A stretch of 63,813 nucleotides of DNA, filler included. It is 11 parts of 11 records of this genome, joined end to end, with 100 filler letters (N's around TTAATTAATTAA, not from the genome) between each part and the next. Parts side by side here need not be neighbours in the genome. Positions count along the whole stretch, not along the records: positions 22,665 to 29,788 come from SRR9670534_1081; positions 29,889 to 34,589 come from SRR9670534_1085; positions 34,690 to 37,772 come from SRR9670534_1095; 8 more parts are not named here. One strand, 5' to 3'. Below are positions 26,069 through 37,657 of the stretch, one piece after another; position 1 is the first letter of the stretch, and the number at the start of each line of letters is the position of its first letter. The notes below the pieces were generated by a model that saw only the letters and a program-made list of their open reading frames with translations, was not told the DNA's origin and did not search any database. The translations under genes and the position numbers were made by a program.

Positions 26069-29000
26069 ATAAATTGCTCTGTTTCTTAAATTTTGATTTT
26101 TTGAATTCTTTAAATTACAATGGAATTAATAAAGGATTCGCTGTTGAATTTGACAAATACAGTACTGTTTCTGGAATGAATCTGTTACAGTATCATGTTA
26201 AAGTAGGGCTTAAAGTTAGAAAAACTAAGAATGATATAACTGTTAAAGCTATTGATGCTGATGAAATAAAGGAAGAACTTAGTAAGCTTCAGCGTGATTC
26301 TACGGGTAGGATAATAATTGATGTTTCTAGCAATAACCCTCAAAGGAAAATCGAAATTCAATTGGGTAAAATTAGATTCTTCTATGTCAACATAAGGAGT
26401 GTTCGTAAAAAAATTGCTAAATTTATAATGGACATTTTGCGTAAAGTTGATGTTTTAATGTTAACTGAAACTTGGTTGACTGAAGAGTTTAATTTTAAAT
26501 CAAAGGAGTTTACTTTTTTCAATATTAATAGGAAAGATGGATTTGGGGGGTCAATGATAGCAGTACATAAGCATTTGGGAAAAAGCACACAATTAACTGT
26601 AACGAATAATGATGTTATGCAAATTCTGAGTATTGAGGTACCTGACTTTTATATAACAGTAGGATATAGCAAGCCAAAAACTGCGATTAACATTATTGAA
26701 AATGAGTTATTTAAACATATCAATAATGTTAAAGACTTGAACAAAAGACATATCATCATGGGTAATTATAATTATTGTGCTATTACTGATCCTATAACTA
26801 CAAATTGCATTGCTCATGCTTGTAGTTCAGGTTTTGAAAATTTCACATTTCCAAGTACAAGGCCAGGGTCAAAGGGTATTGACTGGTCACTGCTTCAACT
26901 TGATACTTTTGATAAGATTGAGTCTTTCAGAAGTTATTCATTATCATGTACAGATCACTACTGTTATGATATGGTTTTAAAATGTTGTATGGAAAGACGA
27001 GGCATTATTGAAAATATTAATCTCTGGAGGAAGATTAATTTCCAAGAATTTAATGAAGAATGGAAGACAATTCTGACAGATAAAGCTCTTACTTTTCTTT
27101 TCGATAATAATCTGGATATTCATTCAGATCATTTCTTTGACGTGATTAACTGTAAACTGCATAACAATTTTATTCAGGCTGCTTTACAGGTAACTACACA
27201 AAGGGTTGTACCCTTAGTGAAGAAAAATTTGTTACAAACTAAATTCAGAGCGCTTCCTATATTTAGAGAAGATGAGAGATTATGCTTTCTAAAAAGACAG
27301 AACAAGCTTTTAAAGAAATCACTTAACAAATTTAACTCGATTGAGCTGAATGAAGCAATTAATGGGAAGATGAAGAAAATTGGCTTGAAAATGTATCAAC
27401 GTAAGAGTTTTTTGAGATTCTGTTATCTGAACGAATTACAGCAAAGTGATAGTGGTAAGTTTTTTGCTACTATTAATCAGCTAAGCTTAAATCAGAAAAA
27501 ATCTAAGCAAGAAATTTTAGAACTGAAAGTTGATGGTGGTATAACTACCAATAGCAAAGAAATGGCTGAATACATGAATGTTTTTTATATGGATAAGGTT
27601 GAACAATTATGCTTGGCAGAAGGATGTCCTTTTGTACCATTGCAGGAATATCATACTAAAATTCCTTTTACCATTATTGAGGATTATGAATTTGATTTGA
27701 AATCAGCATTACAGAAATTTTCAATTAATAAATGTGTTCTCGATCAAGAAATGTCAAGAAGGATTTGGAAATCCTTGATTCTAGGTAATTTAGACTTCTT
27801 TAATAATTTCTTTCAAAAAATTATGTAGTCTGGTGATATTCCAAGTGATTGGAAAATCAGCGAGATCAGGCCACTTTACAAAAAGGGGTCACCCTTATTG
27901 GCAAATAATTATAGGCCAATTAATATAATAAGGCCACTTGCTATAATCTTTGAAGAATTATTATTACAGGTCATGGACAACAATAATTGGTTAGAAGTAA
28001 GCAGTAACCAATATGCTTACCAAAAAAATGTGGGATGCCAAGATGCACTACTTTTTCTTGAAGTAAAAAAGGCAGCTTTTTTGGATCGAAAAATGCATTT
28101 TGCTGTTTGTTGTCTTGACGCAACTAGCGTGTTTGACACGATTACTGGTAGTAATCTGGTGAAAGATTTAGAAGAAAGAAAGGTATCTAATCATATTAAG
28201 CATGTGCTTGTTAACTATCTTCATGATAGATACTCCTATACTAAGATTCAAAATGAACATTCAACAAAACGCTCAAATGTAATTGTGGCCCAGCAAGGTT
28301 CGAAGCTGGGCCCAAAGCTGTTTACGCTGCACATGGATCCAATCTGTAAGATGACGGAATCATGTAATGACTGTTTAAATAGGATTAACAGTACATGTAA
28401 CTGTATTCACATTAGCATTTACGCTGATGATATAGCACTTTTTTGCAGTGCTGCAAATATTAATCAGGTGCTTTCAAATTTAGAGCATAAAGTTGCACTT
28501 GTGAAGGAGAAGCTTGACGAATTAGGAATCTTTCTGAATGCTGGAAAGACTGAACTAGCTGTTCATTTGGCTGGTGCTAAAATTGACTCAAACATCTATA
28601 GAATAAAAGTTGGATCACAATATGTTTACAATAAGGATGTTGTGAAATACTTGGGAGCTGAGATGTCTACAAATGGTACTGAAACTACCATTTCCTGTGT
28701 CAAACGAAGGTTGTACGTTGGTATGCAATCTATAAATTCTTGTAATAGCTTTCTATCTCTAAAATCTCTTCAGATTTTTTATAAATCATACATACTGAGT
28801 GTGTTTGGAAACAACAGCTTAATGTGGAATCGTAAAGATTTCAAGAAGTTGATGGTTCTTGCACATGATAAAATGAAAGCTACTTTACAATTTCCTCGAT
28901 GGATGAGTAATACACTTGTTTGTTCTTTATTAGGTATAATGCCTGTAGATGATTGGATGATTAGGAATAAAGTGATTTGGCTTCTTAAAGGGCTATGTAT

Positions 29001-29421
29001 GGAAAAACAAGTGCCATTCTTTCAAATTCTGAGAAATCAATTGGCAAATCAACATGGATGGCAGATACCAAGAATGGTATATGACAATGGCCATATCTTG
29101 GAGTTGGCAAGAACTAAAGCCAATCAAGTTTTGGGGAGAGAATTGGGGTTCAATGGCTGGCTTGGCTTTTGGAACTCTGACGATGACAGGAAAAAGACAC
29201 AAGTCTTTAAGAAGATGCTGCAAATCCTCAATGAGGAAAAAAATGAATTGATGCAACAAGACACAGTTGACGCTGAAAGAATAGCAGGTATAAAACGAAA
29301 TGTTCTTCATGCTATCTTCTCGAGAATTCCAGGTTCTATGAGATTTTTTGAATGGGATAAAGATCTTTCAAATAAAAGAAACTGGAAAGCATTTATTAAT
29401 CAAGCTAATATGCACAAATGA
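26069..29421 (+). pseudogene. APE endonuclease + reverse transcriptase (ORF2-like) with a nonsense TAG at 27826-27828
   Basis: The conserved RT segment GDIPSDWKISEIRPLYKKG..NYRP continues in frame right after the TAG. The catalytic GDFN motif reads GNYN. Confidence 0.9.
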
Positions 29422-29762
29422 GTGTGGACGAAAAGGTGGAGAGATCAGAATACCACGATTGGCAGTGAAGATGACTCTGTCACGTAGTACATACTATTAT
29501 TGAGTCTATTATCACTTTCTTATAAAATATGCGTTTTGATTATTTTTTATATAAGTGTTGTAACACTTTTTTGATGATATAACATATGTTATACTATTCC
29601 TAGTATTATCTAGTGATTATATAATGCATGAATTTGCATTTGATTGATGACTGAAATGATTAACTTGCATATTTAATATAAGATATTTTGTTTGTTGTAA
29701 ACTGCCATTTTTATTATAAAATTCCCCTTTTTATGTGTACGTACTTCCTCAGTAATTGAGCC

Positions 29763-29788
29763 AATAAATGTTATGTTATGTTATGTTA
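29763..29788 (+). repeat. LINE 3' end: AATAAA followed by (TGTTA)4, truncated by the contig end
   Basis: Directly visible. Short tandem-repeat tails are typical of CR1/L2/RTE-type elements. Confidence 0.85.
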
Positions 29789-29888
29789 NNNNNNNNNNNN
29801 NNNNNNNNNNNNNNNNNNNNNNNNNNNNNNNNTTAATTAATTAANNNNNNNNNNNNNNNNNNNNNNNNNNNNNNNNNNNNNNNNNNNN

Positions 29889-31503
29889 GTCTGTATGGTT
29901 TTTGTACATGGGTGGCATATCAACATGTAATGTCTTCATTCTTTTATCTATTCCCAGTTCATGTAATAACTTGGGGCTTTCTTTATCTAAAAATTCTACC
30001 TTATTAATAATCCTGTCAAATCCTGTTCTACATGGAACACAGATATCTCTGTACAACATCCAGTGGGTATCATCTGGATATTCGCCAACCAAGTATTTGA
30101 AGAATTCTTCAAAACTTGGAGTTTGATCAGCATCCAATGAGTCATTGGCTGCTCTGAAGGATTGATGATATCTGACACTTTCAAAGTCCAACTTTCAGAG
30201 TCTCTCATGTTAATAATTTCTTGTGAACATTATATTTTTGGTTTTGATAAGGGGTTTCCTATAGTAAACGTCATCATGCAAAGTCCGAAGGACCAAAAGG
30301 TTTTCCAATAGAGATTTTTGAAAAATTAATTCTTAACTTAACAAGTGTTACACTTCATGGCGACATCTATATATGATTGGATAGGTCTTATTGTCTACTT
30401 TCACATGGCTTCCACTAGGCGACACCTTTTTCCAGTTAGTAAGGCGCATTTGAAATTAATAACATATTGTCTATTTGTCTATGGGGTTTCTAATAGAAAC
30501 TTTCTATGGTAAATTTTCAGTTGGGATATTTTGGGCATTTTTTCATGAAAAATTCCAATATTTTATGGAGAGTATTTCTGCACTTAGCCCTACCAAAAAC
30601 ATCTAAGTTTAGCTGAAATTTCAGAATGTTTTTTGAGACACCATATAGTGGCAGTTATCACAGTGTCAGTTATCATCACACCTTTCTATATTTAGCTTTG
30701 ATGTGACGGCAGGTTTGGGCAAAGACGCAGTTTTCTATTTTATTTCTGCAAGCAGAAAGAAGTCTGATAAATGGATGTCTAACAAGGAGGAACTTAAAGA
30801 ACTTTGAGGCAAAAGTTTGTCTCTGAGTTTCATTATCATAATGAAGTTGAATATGTTTAATAATGCTGCTAGGGCTGTGAACATTTTCTAAATGCATCAT
30901 TGACTTATTTCGTTCCAGCGTAATCATCAGACGTCTCCAATTTGCTGAACCGACTTTATTGATGTCACAGAAGATGAAGTGGAATTCTTCATTTACAATC
31001 ATTTGTCGTGTGGTGTTTGGTTCTCCTTTTCTGAAGCTAGCCTCTGAACATGTTTGCTCCAACAAATGTTTTCGGTTTTTTTGTAATCTCATATAGTCAG
31101 AATGGTCAAATTCTGGAGGCTCATTAACTAGCTAAATTAATTGGTAATTTTTATCGTATTTTCAATAATTTTTAATAAATAACCTTTAGTTCAAATTCAT
31201 TGTGTTCCAATTCATCAACGTCTTTGTCATTTGGTACTTCATGATGAAAAATTATCGGCTAAAGAGAGAATTTTTGCAATGTTCATGTATTGTGAGTACT
31301 TTTTAAAATTTTGGAACAATCAATTAAATTAGTAACTCTTTTACATCGTCTTTGGTTATTGAAATTCTAGTTTGGCCATAAAACGTCAAAATATGTTGAT
31401 GAAAAGTAGAGAGTTTCAGAATATTACAAAGGAAAATGATTGAAATATAGCCAATTATGAATATGCTCACAATAATCGTTGATGCACATTTAGCGTTTTT
31501 CAT
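29889..31503 (-). CDS. Golgi carbohydrate sulfotransferase (Sulfotransfer_2, CHST11/HNK-1ST family), 3' partial. Exons 31503-31345, 31258-31184, 31131-30682, ~30191-<29889.
   Basis: N-terminal TM. 5'-PSB motif FCDINKVGSANWRR and 3'-PB motif KFLLVRHPFIRLLSACRNK. PSFEEFFKYL..HW....C.PC follows. The last acceptor is weak. Confidence 0.85.
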
Positions 31504-32246
31504 TTTTACAATTAAATAGCACAATTAATAAAAAATTTTTAGAGCCAAATGACATTTATTAGTGCGTTTAGCGTTTATTGTTTTTGCACATAGATATCGC
31601 TATTAACAATTTTTAATTTTAAATTTCTGACCAAAATTACATTTATCGTCTTTCATATAGATGGTGTTATGCTCATTTTTTGGAATTTTTCAATTTTTAG
31701 TAGTAAAGCAATTTAGTAGTTTTGTCCTACTGGATTCTTTATATTATTAATAATAATAAACTTTAACCTTCAAATTCCCATAGGACCAAAAATGCAATAG
31801 GTTTCCCATATAAATAATAACTTTACTGTTTGATTATTATTAATAATAACATATGTTATAATAACATTGTTATAGTACTATAATACTATTGTTAGTAACA
31901 TTTCTTATTTCCAAACATTAATATTATAACAACTTATTGAATAAAGGAATGACTCATAACTCATGACAATGCCAATATATTAATAGTAAAGATCCTCTCT
32001 ATAGTAAGATATGAATAATGTACATTATAAATGTACCATATCATACAAAGGTATGAATGAATCAGTCCCTGCTAATGCTCAAACATACAATAAGGTAGGG
32101 TATATTATGCTTACTCAGGTGAATAAAGTACAAAAGGCCTTACTTATATGACTTTATTGTGATGATAAGGCATTACCTTACCTGTTTAGACACCCTGGTT
32201 TAACCCACCCTTACCCAGTAGTTTTTATTTACAATAGTGGCTGCAC

Positions 32247-34129
32247 ATGAAAATTTCGAAAAGCATGGGAATAATTTCGATCATGGTTCCTTTAGCCCTT
32301 CTTGGATTCTTTCTGATTGCTGTTGCTAATGGATCTGATCATGTGGGATTTTTTGAAAACTATAATTCCCAATACAGATATGAAAACTACCCTGATTGCA
32401 CCACTTGGTATGTTGAGCTGGGAAATAAATTGATTAATTATGAATTAAATGCTTCTGCTTCTGTGGATGATTTCTTTGTTTGGAGGTAAGCTACAATAAT
32501 AACTAAAGTTAATAATTATTGTCATAATAAATTTAACAAATCAATATTATTATGTTGTCTATAATTATATATGATAATTTAATAATTAAATAATAAGTTA
32601 AAATTCATATGATAATTTAATAAATTATTATTTTGAATTATTATATGAAGTAAATTTTTGGGACATTTTTTATTGTAATTAATTGATAACAATTGATATT
32701 CATTCCTAGGCATTATTACTCAATGAATTTTGTGCACTACTGCTATGCTATTGCCAGTGTTTACAAATGGTTCTCAAATTTTTACTTTGGAGCTAATTCT
32801 ATAAATATGGCTGATGTTTCAATTGGCTTGTCCTCTGACTGTCCTATCAATAAAAAGTTCATTGATCACAGCTATCTGTTCCCATATTACTGTTCAAATT
32901 ATTTTGCCCAAGGTGACAATTTTTTGCGACTTCTACAGACTTCTAAACACTATACAAAAAATGATTACTATGAAAAGTTATAAGCATTGCTTATTGTGCA
33001 TTACTATAATAGCATGTACTAAAATAGCATAAATGGTACACATTATTAAATATACTTATTGAAATATGATAGTGCTACTAATACTATATAATACTAATAC
33101 TATATACTAATGCTAATACTATAATAATACTATGCTAATACTATAGTATATATACTATTACTATGCCAATAATAGCATAGTATTAATACTAATACTATGA
33201 TATTATGATACCACTAATATCATATTATGATACTAATGCTATGTAGTATTATATATTTATATATAATACTAGTACTATTATTACTATAGTAGTATTAATG
33301 GTACTAGTATTATATAGTATTAGTATCATAATATGATATTAATACTATATAATACTAGTACTATTAATAATACTATAGTAGTATTACAACAATTATTATT
33401 AAGATAAAATAGTGATCACTCATGAGTATTATAAATCTAATATACTTTGTATTTTAAAAATGATAATATTTCATTTTATATGATAGATTATGATATTTCT
33501 TCTTGATTTTTAGACTATGGACCTGCATTTTTTGATTATGCTTCTGTAAGATCATCTCGATTTTCAAACTATGGTATAGAAAACATATAATATACTATTA
33601 TAGTATACCATGTTATTATATACTATACTTTGACTATATTGTAGTAAATCCAATGGTTTGCTCTAATGGAGAAACAATGATAACAAACATGCAACTATGT
33701 GATCTATATCCTGATTGCCCTAATAATGCTGATGAAACAACCAATTTATGTGAACGTATGTCAAAGTCATCAAAGCTTAAATTTAATTTCATTTATTTTT
33801 TCAAAAAAATGTTGTATATAGAAAATGGTCAATATATTGGTGCATTTGGAGTTGTATTCCTGGAAACCTATTTGGTTAGAATTACTGCACTATGTAATGG
33901 AATTCAAGAAGTTGCTAATAGTACTGATGAAGAAATTCCAGCAAGCCTTGGAATATCATGCCCTATTCCACCAGGTAAAAATTTAATAATAATCTAAAAA
34001 AAAATCTCAAGTTAATTTTTAGAGGTAATAACTGAGTTTAAGACCTTTTCAAGTAAGATTGAATTTTTATCCACAGGCAACATTACCTTATTTTGTAATG
34101 ATGAATCCAGATCTGCTGCTGAACTTGCT
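32247..34129 (+). CDS. Secreted or membrane protein with LDL-receptor class A module(s), 3' partial. Exons ~32247-32485, 32710-32912, 33514-33573, 33645-33755, 33822-33974, 34023-34129.
   Basis: Signal peptide. CSNGETMITNMQLCDLYPDCPNNADETTNLC is an LDLa module and LCNGIQEVANSTDEE a degenerate second one. GT-AG introns are phase-compatible. Confidence 0.65.
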
Positions 34130-34343
34130 GTAATACCTATTATTTTAAAAAATTGCTAAAATATTTGATTATTTGATACACAATAGCAAAGTATTTAAAA
34201 TTATATATTAAATCTATAAAATGAAATTTCATATATGAATAAATATATTATTAAGTATATAAGATATATATTCTATGATGTATATTAACACATTAATAAT
34301 GTATCTTGTAATGCAATAATGCATTTTGTAATACATAAATGTT

Positions 34344-34565
34344 TTTATGACACATTAATGTATTTATGATATATTATTTATAATTATTAGCTAATACATA
34401 GAATGTAAACATTATCATTAATTAATTAGTAATTAACTCATTAATATATTTATTATAATTACATTTATGACACATTAATGGATCTATCATATATTATTTA
34501 TAATTATTGGCTAATAAATAGAATGTAAATATTATTATTAATTAATTAGTTATTAACTTATTAAT
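34344..34565. repeat. AT-rich tandem duplication, ~102-nt copies with 120-nt period
   Basis: 34344-34445 aligns to 34464-34565 with about nine substitutions. Confidence 0.85.
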
Positions 34566-35087
34566 TAATTAATTATTAACTCATTAATTNNNNNNNNNNN
34601 NNNNNNNNNNNNNNNNNNNNNNNNNNNNNNNNNTTAATTAATTAANNNNNNNNNNNNNNNNNNNNNNNNNNNNNNNNNNNNNNNNNNNNATGTACCTATA
34701 GATAGGTACATGATGTACCGTACATATATGCAATACATAGTATACAATGCATACTATACATACAGTACATCCAAGGATATATAACACTAATATATGTGTA
34801 GTAACATCATTGAGTACATCTATGCATCATCAATGCATAGCCTTATTACTGTACAATAAAGATAATATTGTACAATAAGTGTACAATTTTTGTACACTCA
34901 TTGTACAATATTGTTTTTACCTCAATGGTTACATTGCATTAATGATAGTATTTAATTTAATTGTATTAATAGTAATGAATTTAATACGGCTGCACGCTAA
35001 ATACTCAAATATATAATAATACATGTATAGTACAGATTGTACAGTACTACTGAGTGTACAATACGTATGAGTATACAAAATTTGTAC

Positions 35088-35299
35088 CGGTTGCCTCTTC
35101 TAATTCTAATCCTGTAAATAACATATCCTTGTTTGGCTTTGTAGCCCAGTCTACGCGCTTTTTCGGGTCTGGTTGGTTTTGAGGCTCTGTGCATCGCCGC
35201 CATTTGCCGATACTGCCAACATCGAATACGCAAAAGGTAACGCATAACGTCACTTTGCTTATGACGGTAAATTTCATTCAAATATTTCGACGCTCCCAT
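35088..35299 (-). CDS. RPL15: 60S ribosomal protein L15, first coding exon (3' partial)
   Basis: [64 protein letters not shown] donor after 35088 and an AG acceptor 6 nt before the ATG. Confidence 0.96.
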
Positions 35300-35448
35300 C
35301 TTGCACTGAAAAGAATACATAATATATTAAACGAAAAAATGAGGAATTTTTAACCAAAAACCAACAAAAAAGCTCAAATTTTAAGTAAATGTAAAGGTAA
35401 AGCGTTTTCAAGAAGAAACGACGCAATTGGACACACATAGGCATGTAT

Positions 35449-36684
35449 TTAATGATCCAATAACGGAAAAACTGTTTCATTCCATGTAATGTCCCATGTG
35501 TTTGGTACAAATTCTTTTAGCAAATTATGGCGAAAAATGTCCAGTTTAGAATTGTTCTCACCCAGCAATGACGTTAGCAATGCAAACAGTTCGTGCGAAT
35601 TGCGAAAATGAGAACCAAAATGATTGTTGATAACGAGCTCGTCAAGTGTTTGGAAATAGATGGCGCAAACAGGTAGGCCACATCCGAACATATCGATAAC
35701 CTTCATCGGCAAATCTACACCACTACTGCTTGTATGCAAACAAACGCCTAAATCTGCACTACCCAAAAGCTTTGCATACTCTTCAAAAGATAACCAACAC
35801 GTAGTTATCTTAATTTTGTTGAAATGTGTTGTTTTAAATTTCTCTTCATAACTCTCACGCTGTGGTCCCTTGCCAGTTATAACCAAACAAATCTGAACTG
35901 TCGAAGCCTCATTGTTATCATATTCTACCATAGCATCATAAAAAATACTAAAGTCTTCGTCTGGTGTCCAGCTAGTACTCGATACAACTATTTTTATATC
36001 TTCTTTCGTGTTTAAATTACTTTCTGAAATCTTGCATAAATCATACAAATACTTGCGAAATTCCACCTGTTCTTCTAGTTTTAGTGGCTTGAAAATGTCA
36101 GCGGGACGATCATAGAAAGTTTCTGCATTAATGTTCCATTGACTTAACAAATCTGTTTTCATATTTTTACTAACACATAAATTTAAATCACCAACCCCTG
36201 AAAAGGCAAATTCAAGTTTCTTATATAATTTGGCTGAAATGGAATTTTTCGGCAACAGAGTATAACCATAGTTATGCCAATCCACAATCAACTTAAACTT
36301 TGCACAACCAAACTTTCTCAAAAACCATACAGCAATAATCACGGGAAAACCAGGTGGGTTTTGCACTAAACAAATATCTAACCCTTTTGCAAACGAACGC
36401 AATAGTGTAAACAATACTGATAGAAACATCCATAGAAATTTAAATACATGTGAAATTCCTTTGAAAGCTTTATCAATAGATTGAGGTGGTGGCTTAATTG
36501 GTATGATATGAAATTTATCACTAGGATTTATTAAATAACGTGGCAAATCTGTTAAATGAAAGCCAATTAAGTATACCTTGTAACCATGATTTAGTAAAGA
36601 CCGACAATGGTAAAGCATACGTGGACTTCGTCCAATATCACCCAATACAATCACACAAGCACTGCTATTTTTGTTCATTGCCAT
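35449..36684 (-). CDS. ALG1: Chitobiosyldiphosphodolichol beta-1,4-mannosyltransferase, intronless
   Basis: VLGDIGRSPRM.YH, VQNPP, IVDWHNYGY, VSSTSWTPDEDF, ITGKGP and LGVCLHTSSSGVDLPMKVIDMFGCGLPV. Confidence 0.96.
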   Translation of the reverse strand: MAMNKNSSACVIVLGDIGRSPRMLYHCRSLLNHGYKVYLIGFHLTDLPRYLINPSDKFHIIPIKPPPQSIDKAFKGISHVFKFLWMFLSVLFTLLRSFAKGLDICLVQNPPGFPVIIAVWFLRKFGCAKFKLIVDWHNYGYTLLPKNSISAKLYKKLEFAFSGVGDLNLCVSKNMKTDLLSQWNINAETFYDRPADIFKPLKLEEQVEFRKYLYDLCKISESNLNTKEDIKIVVSSTSWTPDEDFSIFYDAMVEYDNNEASTVQICLVITGKGPQRESYEEKFKTTHFNKIKITTCWLSFEEYAKLLGSADLGVCLHTSSSGVDLPMKVIDMFGCGLPVCAIYFQTLDELVINNHFGSHFRNSHELFALLTSLLGENNSKLDIFRHNLLKEFVPNTWDITWNETVFPLLDH

Positions 36685-36760
36685 GCGCTACTATGGTTTT
36701 GTACGAACTTTTAGTGAAATACCAAAAGAATTTTTCAGTTAATAATAAAACTCCGCCCTA

Positions 36761-36778
36761 CCAGCCTACAAAGAGGAA
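36761..36778 (-). promoter_or_regulatory. Candidate TCT/5'-TOP start (TTCCTCTTT) followed by a splice donor CTG|GTAGGG; possible non-coding first exon of RPL15
   Basis: The minus strand reads AATTCCTCTTTGTAGGCTG|GTAGGG. Ribosomal protein genes start at polypyrimidine TCT motifs. Assignment to RPL15 is inference. Confidence 0.4.
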
Positions 36779-37018
36779 TTTACTAAATTTACTACCTAAG
36801 ACAACCATATTATGTATATCCTCGAAAATGAATGATATTTTATAAAACAAAACTACATAGGTAAATGTTTGTTAAATATAATAAAAAGTTATCACACTTT
36901 TTAATATTAATACTATTAAATTTAAATATATATAAATTTAATTACATATATGTATTTTCAAAAAAATATCAAATGATAATTTTTTAATAAACTATCAAAT
37001 ATATTATTATTTATATAT

Positions 37019-37304
37019 AAGATTATACAGTATTAGATATTTTTTAAAACAAGTAAAATTTTGTTGTATTTTTGGATAACCAGATCTTAATTTTATTTAA
37101 TATATATCTAGTAATAGTATAGCTATTCAGTATTTATAAAATTAGAAGTTAAAAGATAATGTATTAAATAATAGATAATTTATTAAATAATAATTGTTTA
37201 ATAAATTATCAAATATAGGTATTATTTATAAACAAGATTATACAATATTAGATATTTTTAAAATAAGTAAAATTTTATTGTATTTTTGGATAACCAGAAC
37301 TTGA
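37019..37304. repeat. Direct duplication of ~70 nt (37019-37090 and ~37234-37304)
   Basis: AAGATTATACA.TATTAGATATTTT..AAGTAAAATTTT.TTGTATTTTTGGATAACCAGA occurs twice. Confidence 0.85.
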
Positions 37305-37439
37305 ACATGAATTAAAAAAATTACAAACATACTTCCATTGTAATAGTTTACATATTAATTTGGAAAAAACTAAATTAATTATTGTTAAAAAATGAGCCTA
37401 TTAACACTGGTCTCTACTTCTATGATAAGCTAATAAAGA

Positions 37440-37657
37440 GTAACATTTTTTTACCTTATAAAACTGAAATTAAATATCTAGAATACATTATTAATAAAAA
37501 TCTTACTTTTCTATCAATTAGTAAACACTTTAAAAAAATTATTGAAAATAGCTTTACAAAAATCAAATATATGGATAAACTTGCCACTAAAGGTACAATT
37601 TACTCTTACAATAAAATTAATGTTATTGGAAAATTTATATATTACTTTTCTTTATAA
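37440..37657 (+). pseudogene. Heavily AT-eroded remnant of a LINE RT C-terminal (thumb) region
   Basis: EIKYLEYIINKNLTF..SKHFKKII resembles the LINE consensus E.KYLGv.iD.nLtf..Hi..i with G>A changes. Confidence 0.45.

Larger units (their letters stand above)
22665..29788 (+). mobile_element. Large APE-type non-LTR retrotransposon (LINE; CR1/L2-superfamily-like), probably an inactive copy
   Basis: APE motifs: FYVNIRSV, DVLMLTETWL, GGSMIAV, IIMGNYN, IDW, TDH. RT motifs: NYRPINII, LDATSVFDTI, QQGSKLGP, YADD, KYLG. Ends in a 3' UTR, AATAAA and a microsatellite tail. Confidence 0.9.

Noticed and set aside
22732-29421. Stop-codon reassignment to explain the in-frame TAG/TGA in the LINE
   Set aside because: Host genes in this window end with TGA (GDPGP1, RPRD1), TAG (RSRC2, ABCA, LRR gene) and TAA (ALG1, CFAP161) at the expected places, so the standard code applies.
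33060-33400. TA-rich TACTA/TAGTA low-complexity tracts as a functional array (similar tracts near 11100 and 48900)
   Set aside because: There is no constant unit or spacer structure. They are consistent with degenerate intronic microsatellite and foldback sequence.
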